A stretch of DNA of 64,000 nt from Ignavibacteriota bacterium (GTDB taxonomy: Bacteria > Bacteroidota > Ignavibacteria > UBA10030 > UBA6906), in the NCBI GenBank assembly GCA_963702445.1, contig CAVPCZ010000003.1:512254-576253 (forward strand). Direction: 5' to 3'. Position 1 is the stretch's first letter, and each line of letters begins with the position of its first letter. Of this stretch, positions 1-10,143 are shown piece after piece. The notes beneath the pieces were generated by a model. The model did no database searches. It was given only the letters and a program-made list of their open reading frames with translations, and had not been told where the DNA came from. The position numbers were made by a program, and so were the translations under genes.

Positions 1-165
1 GATGAAGCGTCGGCGGGCGGCGAGTTCATTCTTTCGCCTCCCCGGATGGGTCGGCAGTGGTGATCATCCCGCTCGGGTATGTGCTGCATCATGCTGCACT
101 TCGTGCTCAAGGTCGTCGAGCACGCTGCCGGCATGCGTTGCTCCCGGGCCGAAGGAGGGCAATGA
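1..165 (+). CDS. possible 3' end of a TRAP transporter small permease (DctQ-like); partial, frame ambiguous
   Basis: Hydrophobic reading split over two frames (..AVVIIPLGYVL.. then ..IMLHFVLKVVEHAAG..), ending at TGA 163-165 just before dctM. The call rests mainly on the canonical dctQ-dctM order. Confidence 0.25.
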
Positions 166-181
166 TCCATGGAGACCCTCC

Positions 182-1453
182 TTGATCGGCATCGCGCTTG
201 CCGTCCTTGCCCTGCTCGGCGCGCCGCTGTTCGCGATTATCGGCGCGATCGGCATGCTGAGCTTCGCCGGGGCGGGCATCGATACCTCGGCGGTGATCGT
301 GGAGCTGTACCGCATCGGCAGCAATCCCACCCTCGTCGCAATCCCGCTCTTCACGTTTGCCGGATACATGCTGGCGGAAAGCAAGGCGCCGACGCGACTG
401 GTGAACCTCGCACGGGCGTTCTTCGGATGGATCCCGGGCGGACTGGCCGTCGTGTGCGCTCGTGACCTGCGCGATGTTCACGGCGTTCACCGGCGCTTCA
501 GGCGTGACCATTGTCGCGCTCGGCGGATTGCTCTACCCCATCCTCATCAAAGAGCAGTATGGCGAGAGGTTCTCCCTCGGCCTGGTGACCACCTCGGGCA
601 GCCTGGGACTGCTGTTTCCGCCGAGTCTTCCGCTGATTCTGTATGCGGTGGTGGCGAAGATCAGCGTGGACAAGCTCTTTGCCGCGGGCATGATCCCGGG
701 GTTCCTCCTGCTGGTCGGCCTGGCTGCGTACAGCGTCATGTACGGGAAGCGGCTGCATGTGCCGCGCACGCCGTTCACCTGGAAGGATGCAATCCGCTCC
801 CTGCGCGCCGCCGCATGGGAACTTCCGCTTCCGGTGCTGATCATCGGCGGGATCTATTCGGGCACCTTCACGGCCACGGAGGCGGCGGCGGTGACCGCGT
901 TCTACGTGCTCATCGTCGAGGTGTTTGTCTACAAGGACCTCAAGCTCTTTCCGGATATCCCGCGCGTGATGCGGGAAAGCATGCTGCTGGTGGGGGCCAT
1001 CCTGATGATCATCGGGACGGCCATGGGGCTGACGAACTATCTCGTGGACGAAGAGGTGCCGATGAAATTGTTCGAGTTCACCAAGACCGTTCATCAGCAG
1101 TCCCGTCATGTTCCTGGTGGTTCTCAATCTCTTCCTGATCATCGTCGGGATGATGATGGATATCTTTTCCGCGATCATCGTCGTTGTTCCGCTGGTCATC
1201 CCGATCGCGCTCGCGTACGGCGTGGATCCCGTCCACCTGGGGATCATCTTTCTGACCAACCTGGAGATCGGCTACCTCACGCCGCCGGTGGGACTCAATC
1301 TCTTCATCTCGAGTCTGCGGTTCGGGAAGCCGGTGTTCACCGTTGTCCGTTCGATCATCCCGTTCACGATCATACTTCTGATCGCGCTGCATGATCATCA
1401 CCTATGTGCCCGATTTGAGCCTCTGGCTTGTGCGGCTGCTGGGGGTGCAGTAA
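182..1453 (+). CDS. dctM: TRAP transporter large permease DctM; frame broken 3 times as sequenced
   Basis: Track ORFs 2..1138, 462..1394 and 1108..1680, plus a last frame ending TAA 1451-1453, join into one ~424-aa polytopic DctM-like protein (..LFAIIGAIGMLSFAGAGID.., ..FTAFTGASGVTIVALGGLLYPIL.., ..MMMDIFSAIIVVVPLVIPIA.., ..MIITYVPDLSLWLVRLLGVQ*). Frame switches lie near 460, 1104 (CCC run) and 1390. Start is TTG 182 (GGAG 171-174), or ATG 169 with one more indel. Confidence 0.85.
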
Positions 1454-1457
1454 GACC

Positions 1458-3219
1458 CTACTTCACCTCGAGCAGCTGTTCCACCGTGGTACGGTCTGTC
1501 GTGAGCCGGAAGACATACGACCCCGGCAGAATGAACACCTTCCGCAATTCCACGCTGTACCTTCCCTCATCCTGTACGGCACGCACCAGCGTTGTGTGCA
1601 GCACCTCAACGGAATCGACGCGGCGCGACAGGAGATCCAGGTTCACATGCGTGGCGTGCGCAAGGGTGTACTGGGCCTGATACGGCCTGCCGCTTGTGCG
1701 GGAAAGCAGAATGGTGAGGGTGGTCTGTTTCGCCTGGGCGTGCGGGCGGGGTGGCAGCACGGGAGGGTGGGAGAAAACGGCCGGTGATGGAGCGCTTTCG
1801 TTTTCCGCCCTGTCGAGGGCGGTGATGGCGTAATAGAACCGTGCGCCCTTCGGCGACCCCGTGGTATCAATAAATTCCCGGACAGCAGGTGCCGTGACAT
1901 CAACCAGGGCATGCGGATCATCAAAAGGAATCTCATGCGACGGCCAGCGATAGATCGCATAATAGCGTGCGGTGTCGCCGTCGCCGGCAGGTGGCGGAGC
2001 GCTCCAGGTGAGCCGTAAAGCGCCGGTTGCAGTTTCTTTGACCTTGAGGTCCGCGGGGGCACCCGGAGGCAGGGGATCCTTCCAGGGCATGGGGGGAATC
2101 AACGCATGGGTAGGGTAACGACCGTTGATCGTCGTGGTGCCTGCGATGTTCTCCCACCGGAAGAACACCTGTCCGGCCGCGCCTGCCGAACGTGCCGTAT
2201 CGATGTACATGCCGAGATTCCGCTGGATCTCCGGCCTGTACGCAGCAATACCTGCATAGATGTGACGGCCCGCGGTGTAACTCCTTCCACCGCATCATCA
2301 CGCGCGCAAAATCGGGTTCACCGTTCGGCGGACGAATCTGCCAGTAGACCTGGGGGGAGAGATAGTCATGGATACCCTCGCGGAGCCAGCTGTACGAATC
2401 CTGATACACCCAGAAGAAGCTCCCGCGCTGGCTGCCGTTGGTTTCTTCCCGGTAGACACCCAGCGGTGATGAACCCACTTTGAGCATCGGCTTCAGGTGG
2501 ACCGCCTGGGCGTACACCTCACGCACGAATGCGGTGATGTTCTGCCGCCGCCAGTCGTGGATATTCATGGCTTTGCCGAATCGCGCAAAGGACTCCCCGT
2601 CTCCGAACGAAGTCCCGGGATACCGGATGAAGTCAAAGTTGATCGCGTCGATATCATACCGCCGGATAAGATCGAGTGCGACGGTGGCAAGGTACGTACG
2701 CACTTCCGGCCGGCCGGGGTCGAGCCAGAGCTCGCCGTCCTGCTCGACGGTGAAGGATGCCAGCGTGCGCGAGGGGTGTTCCGGTGTGCTGGGGCCCACG
2801 GGATTCGGTCCGCGGATTTTGAACACATTGAACCAGGCATGGACTTCAATACCCAGCTCATGTGCTTCAGCCAGAACGAAGGCGAGCGGGTCCCAGCCGG
2901 GATCTTTGCCGAGCGCGCCGGTGAGATTCTCCGCCCAGGGCTCATAGCGCGAACGATAATAGGCATCGCCGCGGGCGCGGACCTGAAAGAACACCGTGTT
3001 GAACCGGGCGGCCTTGACCCCGCGCAGCAGGGCGCGCAGGGACGTCTGCTGTTCAACCCGGTCTGTTGTCTGCGGCCAGTCGAGCCCGGATGCGGTGGTT
3101 ATCCACACTGCACGGACTTCGGTTTTTGGAGGAGGGATGGGAAGAGGCGTCTGCGCTCCCGCGTTGGCGGAAATCAGGAACGACAGCGGGAAGACGAGAA
3201 TAAAGCGTATGAACATCAT
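1458..3219 (-). CDS. secreted GHL10/DUF187 (YddW-like, UPF0748) glycoside-hydrolase-like protein with FN3-like segment and T9SS-type C-terminal sorting tail; one frameshift
   Basis: ORFs 1933..3450 and 1458..2210 join near 2280 (..FARVMMRWKE / SYTAGRHIYAGIAAYRPEIQRNLGMYIDTARS..). Signal peptide MMFIRFILVFPLSFLISANA starts at ATG 3219. The TIM-barrel body reads ..VRAVWITT..FNTVFFQVRARGDAYY..HAWFNVF.. and the tail is ..LPGSYVFRLTTDRTTVEQLLEVK*. Confidence 0.8.
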
Positions 3220-3267
3220 GCGGTAGTCATGCTTCCACGATCTCCATGATGCATCAATATACGGACT

Positions 3268-3297
3268 CTTTTCCCATTTTTCATTCTTTTCCCATTT
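3268..3297. repeat. two perfect 12-bp direct repeats CTTTTCCCATTT (3268-3279, 3286-3297), 18-bp period
   Basis: Read directly. They lie in the 99-bp divergent region between the GHL10 gene and radA, between opposed TATATT hexamers (3301-3306 plus strand; 3256-3261 minus strand). Confidence 0.9.
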
Positions 3298-3306
3298 CGC
3301 TATATT
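3278..3306 (+). promoter_or_regulatory. putative sigma-70-type promoter of radA (TTTTCA-17-TATATT), very short leader
   Basis: -10 TATATT at 3301-3306 sits 12 nt before ATG 3319; weak -35 TTTTCA at 3278-3283 with a 17-bp spacer. This is the same -10 hexamer seen at several other intergenic sites in the window. Confidence 0.35.
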
Positions 3307-3318
3307 GTCTGATACCCC

Positions 3319-4695
3319 ATGTCGCGAGAACATTCCATCTACGTCTGCCAGGCCTGTGCCTACGAATCGCCCCGATGGGTAGGGCGTTGCCCCAACTGCA
3401 ATGCCTGGAACTCCTTCGTTGAGGAAAAACGTGCGGCCGGAGCTGCGCACAAACGGTCTAAACGCAAGGCCGGCGGGGTGGAACCGGTGGCCATTACCGA
3501 CATCCCGGTCGCCCCCGAACCGCGCATCCGGACCCGCATACCGGAACTGGACCGTGTCCTCGGAGGCGGCATTGTTCCGGGTTCGGTGGTACTGGTGGGC
3601 GGGGACCCCGGCATCGGCAAGTCCACGCTCATGATGCAGCTTGCCGCAACAGTGCCCGACCTGACCACGCTGTATATTACCGGTGAAGAATCGGCGTCGC
3701 AGATCCGTCTGCGCGCGGACCGCCTCGAACCGAAACCATCAAACCGTATCCTCCTGCTTGCCGAAACCAACCTTGAAAGCATTGCGGGAGCGCTGGAGGC
3801 GTCATCGGCGGACATCGTGATCGTGGATTCCGTGCAGACCATGTATCATCCCGCCCTGGAAAGCGCTCCCGGCACGGTGAGCCAGGTGCGCGAGGCGACG
3901 ACGGTCTTCATGCGGTTTGCCAAGGCGCGGAATATCCCCGTCTTCCTGGTCGGTCATGTGACAAAAGAAGGGGTGATCGCCGGGCCGAAAGTGATCGAGC
4001 ATATGGTCGATGCGGTGGTGATGTTCGAGGGGGAACGGCATTACGCGTACCGGGTCATTCGTGCCATAAAAAACCGGTTCGGGTCCACGAACGAAATCGG
4101 CATTTTTGAGATGCACGACACGGGGCTCCGCGAGGTGACAAATCCCTCGGCCGTGTTTCTTGCCGAACGGCGTGCGGAGACTTCGGGCTCGGCCGTGGTT
4201 GCAAGCATGGAAGGGACGCGCCCGCTCCTGGTGGAAGTACAGGCGCTGGTGGCGCCGACCAGCTATGGTGTTCCCCAGCGCACCGCGACCGGATTCGACA
4301 GCAAACGTCTGCAGATGATCCTTGCGGTGCTGGAAAAACGCGTTGGTCTGCGGCTCGGACAATTTGACGTCTTCGTCAATGTCGCAGGCGGCGTGCGGGT
4401 GGATGAACCGGCTGCGGATCTGGGCATGGCTGTGGCAATCGTGTCGAGTCTGCGCGATATCCCGGTTCGCGCCGATGCCGCCGTGATCGGTGAGGTGGGA
4501 CTGGGTGGGGAAATCCGGTCGATCCACCAGATCGAAAAACGCCTCGCAGAAGCGCAGAAGCTCGGTTTCAAACGCTTCATCCTTCCCGGGAATAACGTAC
4601 ATGCCGTGCGCGTGCCGGCGGGAATCCAGCTGGTGCAGGTGGAATCCGTCAACGAAGCGCTTGCGGCGTTGCTGGGCACCGGGGGGCAGGGATGA
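3319..4695 (+). CDS. radA: DNA repair protein RadA/Sms
   Basis: 458 aa. Has an N-terminal zinc finger (CQACAYESPRWVGRCPNCNAWNS), Walker A (GDPGIGKST), the KNRFG motif and a Lon-like C-terminal domain. Confidence 0.97.
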   Translation: MSREHSIYVCQACAYESPRWVGRCPNCNAWNSFVEEKRAAGAAHKRSKRKAGGVEPVAITDIPVAPEPRIRTRIPELDRVLGGGIVPGSVVLVGGDPGIGKSTLMMQLAATVPDLTTLYITGEESASQIRLRADRLEPKPSNRILLLAETNLESIAGALEASSADIVIVDSVQTMYHPALESAPGTVSQVREATTVFMRFAKARNIPVFLVGHVTKEGVIAGPKVIEHMVDAVVMFEGERHYAYRVIRAIKNRFGSTNEIGIFEMHDTGLREVTNPSAVFLAERRAETSGSAVVASMEGTRPLLVEVQALVAPTSYGVPQRTATGFDSKRLQMILAVLEKRVGLRLGQFDVFVNVAGGVRVDEPAADLGMAVAIVSSLRDIPVRADAAVIGEVGLGGEIRSIHQIEKRLAEAQKLGFKRFILPGNNVHAVRVPAGIQLVQVESVNEALAALLGTGGQG

Positions 4696-6047
4696 AACGC
4701 ACGCTCATCAAGCCCCGCTCGATCCTGACCCTTGATCCGGTGAACAGCGTGATTGAAGGAGGGGCACTGCTCGTTTCCGGTACCACACTTGAAGCCGTGC
4801 TGACGGCAGAAGCCCTCGGCAGCCGGGATGTTCCGGCCGATGCGGTAGTGGACGTGCCGACACTTGTGGCGCTGCCCGGGTTCATTCAAACGCATGTTCA
4901 TCTATGCCAGACGCTCTTCCGGGGATTGTCCGAAGACGTGGAGCTGCTCGACTGGTTGCAGCGCCGGATATTCCCGCTCGAAGCGGCACATTCCGCGTCG
5001 TCGATGGCCGCCTCCGCACAATGCGGACTGGCGGAGCTTATCCGTTCCGGCACCACGACGATCATGGATATGGGGAGTGTCCGGCATGAAGAGGAAGTGG
5101 TGCGTGCAGTCACCGAATCCGGCATCCGCGCATTTGTGGGGAAGGCGATGATGGATGTCAACGACATCCATCCCCCGTTGAGCGAGAGCACCCGGGATGC
5201 CCTGGAGTCCACACTCCGTCAGGCGGAACAGTGGCACGGCACGGCCGGCGGACGTATCCGGTACGCGGTTGCCCCCCGTTTTATCCTGTCATGCACCGAT
5301 CCGCTGTTACGGGAGGCACACGCGATGACCCGGTCGTTTCCCGGGATGCTCTTTCATACACATGCCTCCGAAAACCGCCACGAACTGGCCGCGGTGCGGG
5401 CGCGCTGCGGCATGGACAACATAGAGTATTTCGAGGCCCTGGGAATTCTGAACGAGAAAACCTGCCTTGCACACTGTATCTGGCTGAACGACCGCGAGGT
5501 TGATCTCCTTGCCGGCCGGCGGGTCCGGGTGCTGCATTGCCCCTCCTCCAACCTGAAACTCGGTTCCGGCATTGCCCCGATTCCCCGCTACCGCGCACGC
5601 GGCATTTCGGTTTCCCTCGGGGCTGACGGGGCTCCGTGCAACAACACGTTGAATATGTTCCAGGAGATGCGCCTCGCGGCGCTGATTCAGAAGCCGATCC
5701 ACGGGCCCGCCGCCATGAACGCATGGGATGTTCTCCGCCTTGCCACACTCGGCGGCGCGGAAGCGCTCGGCATCGGCGGGGAAACCGGCAGCCTGGAAGC
5801 CGGCAAGCGGGCAGACCTCGTGCTGCTGGATCTCACAAAAGTCTGGAACGGACCCTGGTGCGGGCGGACAGGTCAACTTGCCGCGGACATCGTTTTCTCC
5901 TGCGGACCGGAGAACGTCCATTCGGTGATGGTGGACGGCTCCTGGCTCTACCGTGATGGTGTTCATACCACACTGGACACGGCCCGGATCCTGATCAATG
6001 CACGCTCCGAACTCCGATCACTCCTGGAAAGAACCCCCCTCACATGA
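4692..6047 (+). CDS. metal-dependent amidohydrolase, ATZ/TRZ - MTA/SAH-deaminase-like
   Basis: 451 aa with ..LPGFIQTHVHLCQTLFRG.., ..HTHASE.. and ..LGADGAPCNN... Start overlaps the radA stop (ATGA). Confidence 0.85.
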   Translation: MKRTLIKPRSILTLDPVNSVIEGGALLVSGTTLEAVLTAEALGSRDVPADAVVDVPTLVALPGFIQTHVHLCQTLFRGLSEDVELLDWLQRRIFPLEAAHSASSMAASAQCGLAELIRSGTTTIMDMGSVRHEEEVVRAVTESGIRAFVGKAMMDVNDIHPPLSESTRDALESTLRQAEQWHGTAGGRIRYAVAPRFILSCTDPLLREAHAMTRSFPGMLFHTHASENRHELAAVRARCGMDNIEYFEALGILNEKTCLAHCIWLNDREVDLLAGRRVRVLHCPSSNLKLGSGIAPIPRYRARGISVSLGADGAPCNNTLNMFQEMRLAALIQKPIHGPAAMNAWDVLRLATLGGAEALGIGGETGSLEAGKRADLVLLDLTKVWNGPWCGRTGQLAADIVFSCGPENVHSVMVDGSWLYRDGVHTTLDTARILINARSELRSLLERTPLT

Positions 6048-6640
6048 AACGATTGTTGCTGGCAACCCATAACGCCGACAAAGTGAAGGAAGTCCGCGCT
6101 CTTCTCACCGGCATGTCCATCACCCTTCTCACCCCCGCCGACTTCCCCGGTCTGGCGGAGACGGTGGAGGATGCGGACACGCTCGAGGGGAACGCCCTGA
6201 AGAAAGCGCGGGAGGCGTTCGCTGCGACGGGACTCCCCGCCCTTGCAGATGACACCGGTCTGGAAGTGCACTACCTCAACAAGGCCCCCGGTGTGCTTTC
6301 CTCCCGGTATTCCGGTCCCGGTGCCACGTACGCGGGCAATTGCAGGAAACTCCTGGACAACATGCGCGGTGTTCCCCCGCGCCGGCGGGCGGCACGGTTC
6401 CGGAGTGTTGTGGCGTTTGTCCCCGCACAGGGTGAGGAGTACACCGTGGACGGGGTCTGCCGCGGGACGATAACGGAATCGCCTCGCGGCGTGAAGGGAT
6501 TCGGCTATGACCCGGTCTTTTTGCCTGACGGGTTCCGGGAAACGTTCGGCGAAATGGATCTTTCCCTGAAGAACACATTGAGTCACCGCGCCCGCGCATT
6601 TGCGGCGTTCACAGAACTCCTCCGCTCGCGCGGCTGGTAG
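6044..6640 (+). CDS. rdgB: dITP/XTP pyrophosphatase (RdgB/HAM1 family)
   Basis: 198 aa with ATHNADKVKE, DDTGLEV, GFGYDPVF and SHRARA motifs. Start overlaps the upstream stop (ATGA). Confidence 0.95.
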   Translation: MKRLLLATHNADKVKEVRALLTGMSITLLTPADFPGLAETVEDADTLEGNALKKAREAFAATGLPALADDTGLEVHYLNKAPGVLSSRYSGPGATYAGNCRKLLDNMRGVPPRRRAARFRSVVAFVPAQGEEYTVDGVCRGTITESPRGVKGFGYDPVFLPDGFRETFGEMDLSLKNTLSHRARAFAAFTELLRSRGW

Positions 6641-6673
6641 GAGATCAGCAGAACCCGGTCCTGGAGCTCCACC

Positions 6674-7507
6674 GTGTCCCTGTTCGCCCGCAGTCTTAAG
6701 GTACGCTGGCTGTACACGCCCGGTGCCACGATATGGCGGGTTCACCCCGCCGTCAGGGGCCGGATTCTGGGCGAAGAGCGTGACCTGGAGCGCAAGCAGG
6801 TATCCTTCTTCGCGCTGGACATGACCACCGGCGCGGTGCTCTGGCACAGGCCCGGCGTCGGCGATCCCTGGTGGGTGGGCATGAGCCGTGTGGTGGGTGA
6901 TTTGCTCTTCCTCCACGGTTTTGCCACACCTGATCTGCCGGTAGAGCGGGGCGTGACGGTCATTGCCGCGGCTACGGGAGAGCACCTCTGGTCACGGTCG
7001 GAATGGTCGATGGAAAGAGTGGAAGAGGGGTCTTTGACTGTCCGGGAAGATCGCCGCGGCGGGTCCGTGCTGCTGGCCGTGGATCCTCATACCGGCTCCC
7101 TGTTGAATCAGAACGTCGTGTCCGACAGGCCCGTGCAGCCTCTTGAAGATCCCCTTGCTGCCGTGGAGTTCCCTGCCCTCCTGTCAGGTGCGGAAGTTCA
7201 GGAGCATCAATCCGGAGAGTATGTGGCGCGGCAATGGGCTGTGGACCGGCTTGCCGGTCCGATTGAACTCCTTGAACACCGCGCCCTTTTCATGATTGCG
7301 GCAAGCGAACGGAAGGGAGAGGGGAGCGAAGGGGGACTTGTCCATCACCTGCGTGTGGTGAAGCGCGATACGGGAAGAGTGGTCTATCGTGATACCCTTG
7401 CTGCATCGGCGACGGGGCCGGGCATGGATGCATTCTTCGTGCAGGACAATGCGCTTGTCTATGTGCGGGAGCGGAGGACGCTGTGTGCGGTGTCGCTGGG
7501 GGAGTAG
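6674..7507 (+). CDS. hypothetical protein (possibly DUF4905-like beta-rich protein)
   Basis: 277-aa intact ORF with GC3-biased codons. It shows repeated ..tG..lW.. strand-like segments but no catalytic motif I recognise; the family assignment is tentative. Confidence 0.55.
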   Translation: MSLFARSLKVRWLYTPGATIWRVHPAVRGRILGEERDLERKQVSFFALDMTTGAVLWHRPGVGDPWWVGMSRVVGDLLFLHGFATPDLPVERGVTVIAAATGEHLWSRSEWSMERVEEGSLTVREDRRGGSVLLAVDPHTGSLLNQNVVSDRPVQPLEDPLAAVEFPALLSGAEVQEHQSGEYVARQWAVDRLAGPIELLEHRALFMIAASERKGEGSEGGLVHHLRVVKRDTGRVVYRDTLAASATGPGMDAFFVQDNALVYVRERRTLCAVSLGE

Positions 7508-7560
7508 ACGGGTGAGACCACGCCAATCCCGACAAAATCACACCACGGAAACCATGGGAG

Positions 7561-9597
7561 ATGCCTGTTATGCCCATTCAATCGGTTCTTTTCGGACTTG
7601 TTCTTGCCGCCGCGCTCACACTCTTCGGACGGAATGTTCTGCGTTTGACCGGTTATCTCCGGACCGGTAAGAAGGAGAACCGGTTCGATCGTATCGGGGA
7701 GCGGCTGGGACGCGTGGCGAAAATCGCCTTCGGACAGACGAAGTTGCTGCGCGAACCGCTTGCGGGCATCCTTCACTTCTTCATCTTCTGGGGATTCGTT
7801 ATTCTGCTTACCGCGGTGGTGGAATCCATCGGTGAAGGACTTGTTCCGGGATTCTCGCTGGAGTTTCTCGGGCCGCTGTATCCGCCGCTTGTCTTCCTTC
7901 AGGATGTCGTGGGGGTCCTGGTCATCATTGCGGTCCTCGTGTCGATCTTCCGCCGGCTGGTGATGCCGCCCCGGAGGCTGCAGGTGGAGGGGCATGCGAA
8001 GTGGGATGCCATTCTGATTCTCGGTCTGATCTGCACGGTTATGGTGACCATGTTCGGGCAGAACGCGGCACGCATTGCGCTGTCCGGTGCGGATCACGCA
8101 ACAACGCGTGTAGTCTCCGCATTACTGGCCGGTCTGTTTGCGGGAGCGGGCGCTCCGGTGATCCACGTGTGGTTCTCCGTCTTTTTCTGGGGGCACATGG
8201 TTGCCGTGCTGGGATTTCTCAACTACCTTCCCTCCTCGAAGCATCTGCATATCCTTGCGTCCGTTCCCAACGTCTACTTTTCCGATCTGGGTCCGCGCGG
8301 GGCGCTCAAGCCGGTGGACCTTGCCGACGAAACGGCGACGAAATTCGGCGCCACCGACATCGATGATTTTTCGTGGAAGCAGCTGCTGAACGGGTACACG
8401 TGTACCGAGTGCGGCCGGTGCACGTCCGTCTGCCCGGCCAATACCACCGGCAAGCTCCTGAATCCCCGGAAGATCTTTGTTGATATGCGGGCACGGACCA
8501 TGGAGAAGGCGCCCCTGCTTGTCGCCGGCGGGGGTGCGGGGAACGGTGTGCAGGAGGATGTGCTGGGCCATCAGCTGCTGGACAACTTCATCACGGAACA
8601 GGAGCTCTGGGCATGCACCACCTGCATGGCCTGTGTGCAGGAATGCCCGGTCATGATCGAGCACGTGGACGCCATCGTGGACATGCGCCGGGGTCTGGTC
8701 CTGAATGAGTCGCGTTTTCCGGATGAACTGAAAACCACATTCTCCAATCTGGAACGCAACTACACACCGTGGGGGTTCGGGCACGCCACCCGTGCCGAAT
8801 GGGCTGAAGGCCTGGGCATTCCCCTGATGGCGGAAAAGCGCACCGCCGATGTGCTCTTCTGGGTGGGGTGTGCCGGCTCGTACGACGCCCGCTACCGGAA
8901 GGTGTCGCGCGCGTTTGCACAGCTCATGCAAATTGCCGGGGTGGATTTCGCCATCCTGGGGACCGAAGAAAAATGCAACGGGGATCCCGCCCGGCGGATG
9001 GGGAATGAATACCTGGCGCAAACGCTCATGGCCGAGAATATCGCCACGCTGAACGGATACGGTGTGAAGAAGATCGTCGTCACGTGTCCCCACTGCCTCC
9101 AGTCGCTCGGCAAGGAATACAGGCAGTTCGGCGGGGACTATGAAGTGGTTCACCATTCGACATTCCTTCAGCAATTGATCCGGGAGGGAAAGCTGAACCT
9201 CTCTGAAGAGAGAAAGGCAACGGTCACCTTCCATGATCCGTGTTACCTGGGCAGGTACAACGACGAATATAAAGCGCCGCGGGAGGTGTTGAACAGCATC
9301 GGGGGAGTCCGGCAGGTGGAGATGCCGCGGTCGCACGATCGTAGTTTCTGCTGCGGTGCGGGCGGCGGCAGGATGTGGATGGAGGAACGGGAGGGGACGC
9401 GCGTGAACAACGAACGAACGGACGAAGCACTCGCGGTTTCCCCCGACGTGATCGGGACCGGCTGCCCGTTCTGCATGACCATGCTCACCGACGGTGTCAA
9501 AGACCGGGATGCCGCCGAACGGGTTGCCGTGAAAGATATCGCCGAACTTGTGCTCGAAGCGGTGAAAAGAACAGACCGAAGAGGTAACGCATGTTGA
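7561..9597 (+). CDS. membrane-anchored (Fe-S)-binding oxidoreductase, HdrD/GlpC/DsrK-like
   Basis: 678 aa. The N-terminal ~230 aa carry about 5-6 hydrophobic helices. These are followed by two ferredoxin motifs (CTECGRCTSVCP, CTTCMACVQECP) and two CCG-type cysteine-rich repeats (..VTCPHCLQS.., ..FCCGAGGG.., ..GCPFCMTM..). Confidence 0.85.
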   Translation: MPVMPIQSVLFGLVLAAALTLFGRNVLRLTGYLRTGKKENRFDRIGERLGRVAKIAFGQTKLLREPLAGILHFFIFWGFVILLTAVVESIGEGLVPGFSLEFLGPLYPPLVFLQDVVGVLVIIAVLVSIFRRLVMPPRRLQVEGHAKWDAILILGLICTVMVTMFGQNAARIALSGADHATTRVVSALLAGLFAGAGAPVIHVWFSVFFWGHMVAVLGFLNYLPSSKHLHILASVPNVYFSDLGPRGALKPVDLADETATKFGATDIDDFSWKQLLNGYTCTECGRCTSVCPANTTGKLLNPRKIFVDMRARTMEKAPLLVAGGGAGNGVQEDVLGHQLLDNFITEQELWACTTCMACVQECPVMIEHVDAIVDMRRGLVLNESRFPDELKTTFSNLERNYTPWGFGHATRAEWAEGLGIPLMAEKRTADVLFWVGCAGSYDARYRKVSRAFAQLMQIAGVDFAILGTEEKCNGDPARRMGNEYLAQTLMAENIATLNGYGVKKIVVTCPHCLQSLGKEYRQFGGDYEVVHHSTFLQQLIREGKLNLSEERKATVTFHDPCYLGRYNDEYKAPREVLNSIGGVRQVEMPRSHDRSFCCGAGGGRMWMEEREGTRVNNERTDEALAVSPDVIGTGCPFCMTMLTDGVKDRDAAERVAVKDIAELVLEAVKRTDRRGNAC

Positions 9598-10103
9598 TCA
9601 TACAGGGATTGATCGGCCTCGCCTTGCTGGCATTCGGCCGGAAAGGGCTCGCGCTTTGCCTGGGAGCCATCGGGTTTGTTGTCGGCATGTCGCTCACCAC
9701 GCGGCTGTTTGACCCGGCCCCTACCGGTCTCGTCATTGCCATCGCCATCGCCGGCGGGGTCATCGGCGTATTCATCGCGTTTGCCATCGAGAAGGTGGCC
9801 ACGGTGCTGGTGGGGATCCTGGGTGGCGGCTACATCGGCATGGCTCTTGCGGATTCCTTCGGCTGGAACAGCGGCGGGTTTCCCTGGATCCCGGTCGGCA
9901 TCTGTGCCGTGCTCGGGGTGCTTCTGGCATTCTTGCTCCTCAAGTGGGCACTGATCATTCTCTCTTCGCTTGTCGGTGCATACCTCGTGGTCGGGGCGTT
10001 CCAGCTCCATGCCCTGCTGGCAACGCCGCTGTTTATCGCCCTTGCCATTGCCGGCATCTGGTTTCAGGGGCGCTCCGGACGGTCAAAAAAGAAGGAAGAA
10101 TAG
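9591..10103 (+). CDS. hypothetical multi-pass membrane protein
   Basis: 170 aa with about 5 predicted TM helices (G/A/I/L-rich). Start overlaps the stop of the Fe-S gene (ATGTTGA). Family not recognised with confidence. Confidence 0.6.
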   Translation: MLIIQGLIGLALLAFGRKGLALCLGAIGFVVGMSLTTRLFDPAPTGLVIAIAIAGGVIGVFIAFAIEKVATVLVGILGGGYIGMALADSFGWNSGGFPWIPVGICAVLGVLLAFLLLKWALIILSSLVGAYLVVGAFQLHALLATPLFIALAIAGIWFQGRSGRSKKKEE

Positions 10104-10143
10104 AAACGCTCCTTTATTCTCAGAACAGGAACTCGATACGCGT

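Noticed and set aside
169-187. A fourth dctM frameshift right after ATG 169
   Set aside because: TTG 182, preceded by GGAG (171-174), gives a normal DctM N-terminus (MIGIALAVLALLGAPLF..) without invoking an indel. The ATG 169 alternative (AAGGAGG 152-158 upstream) is noted but not required.
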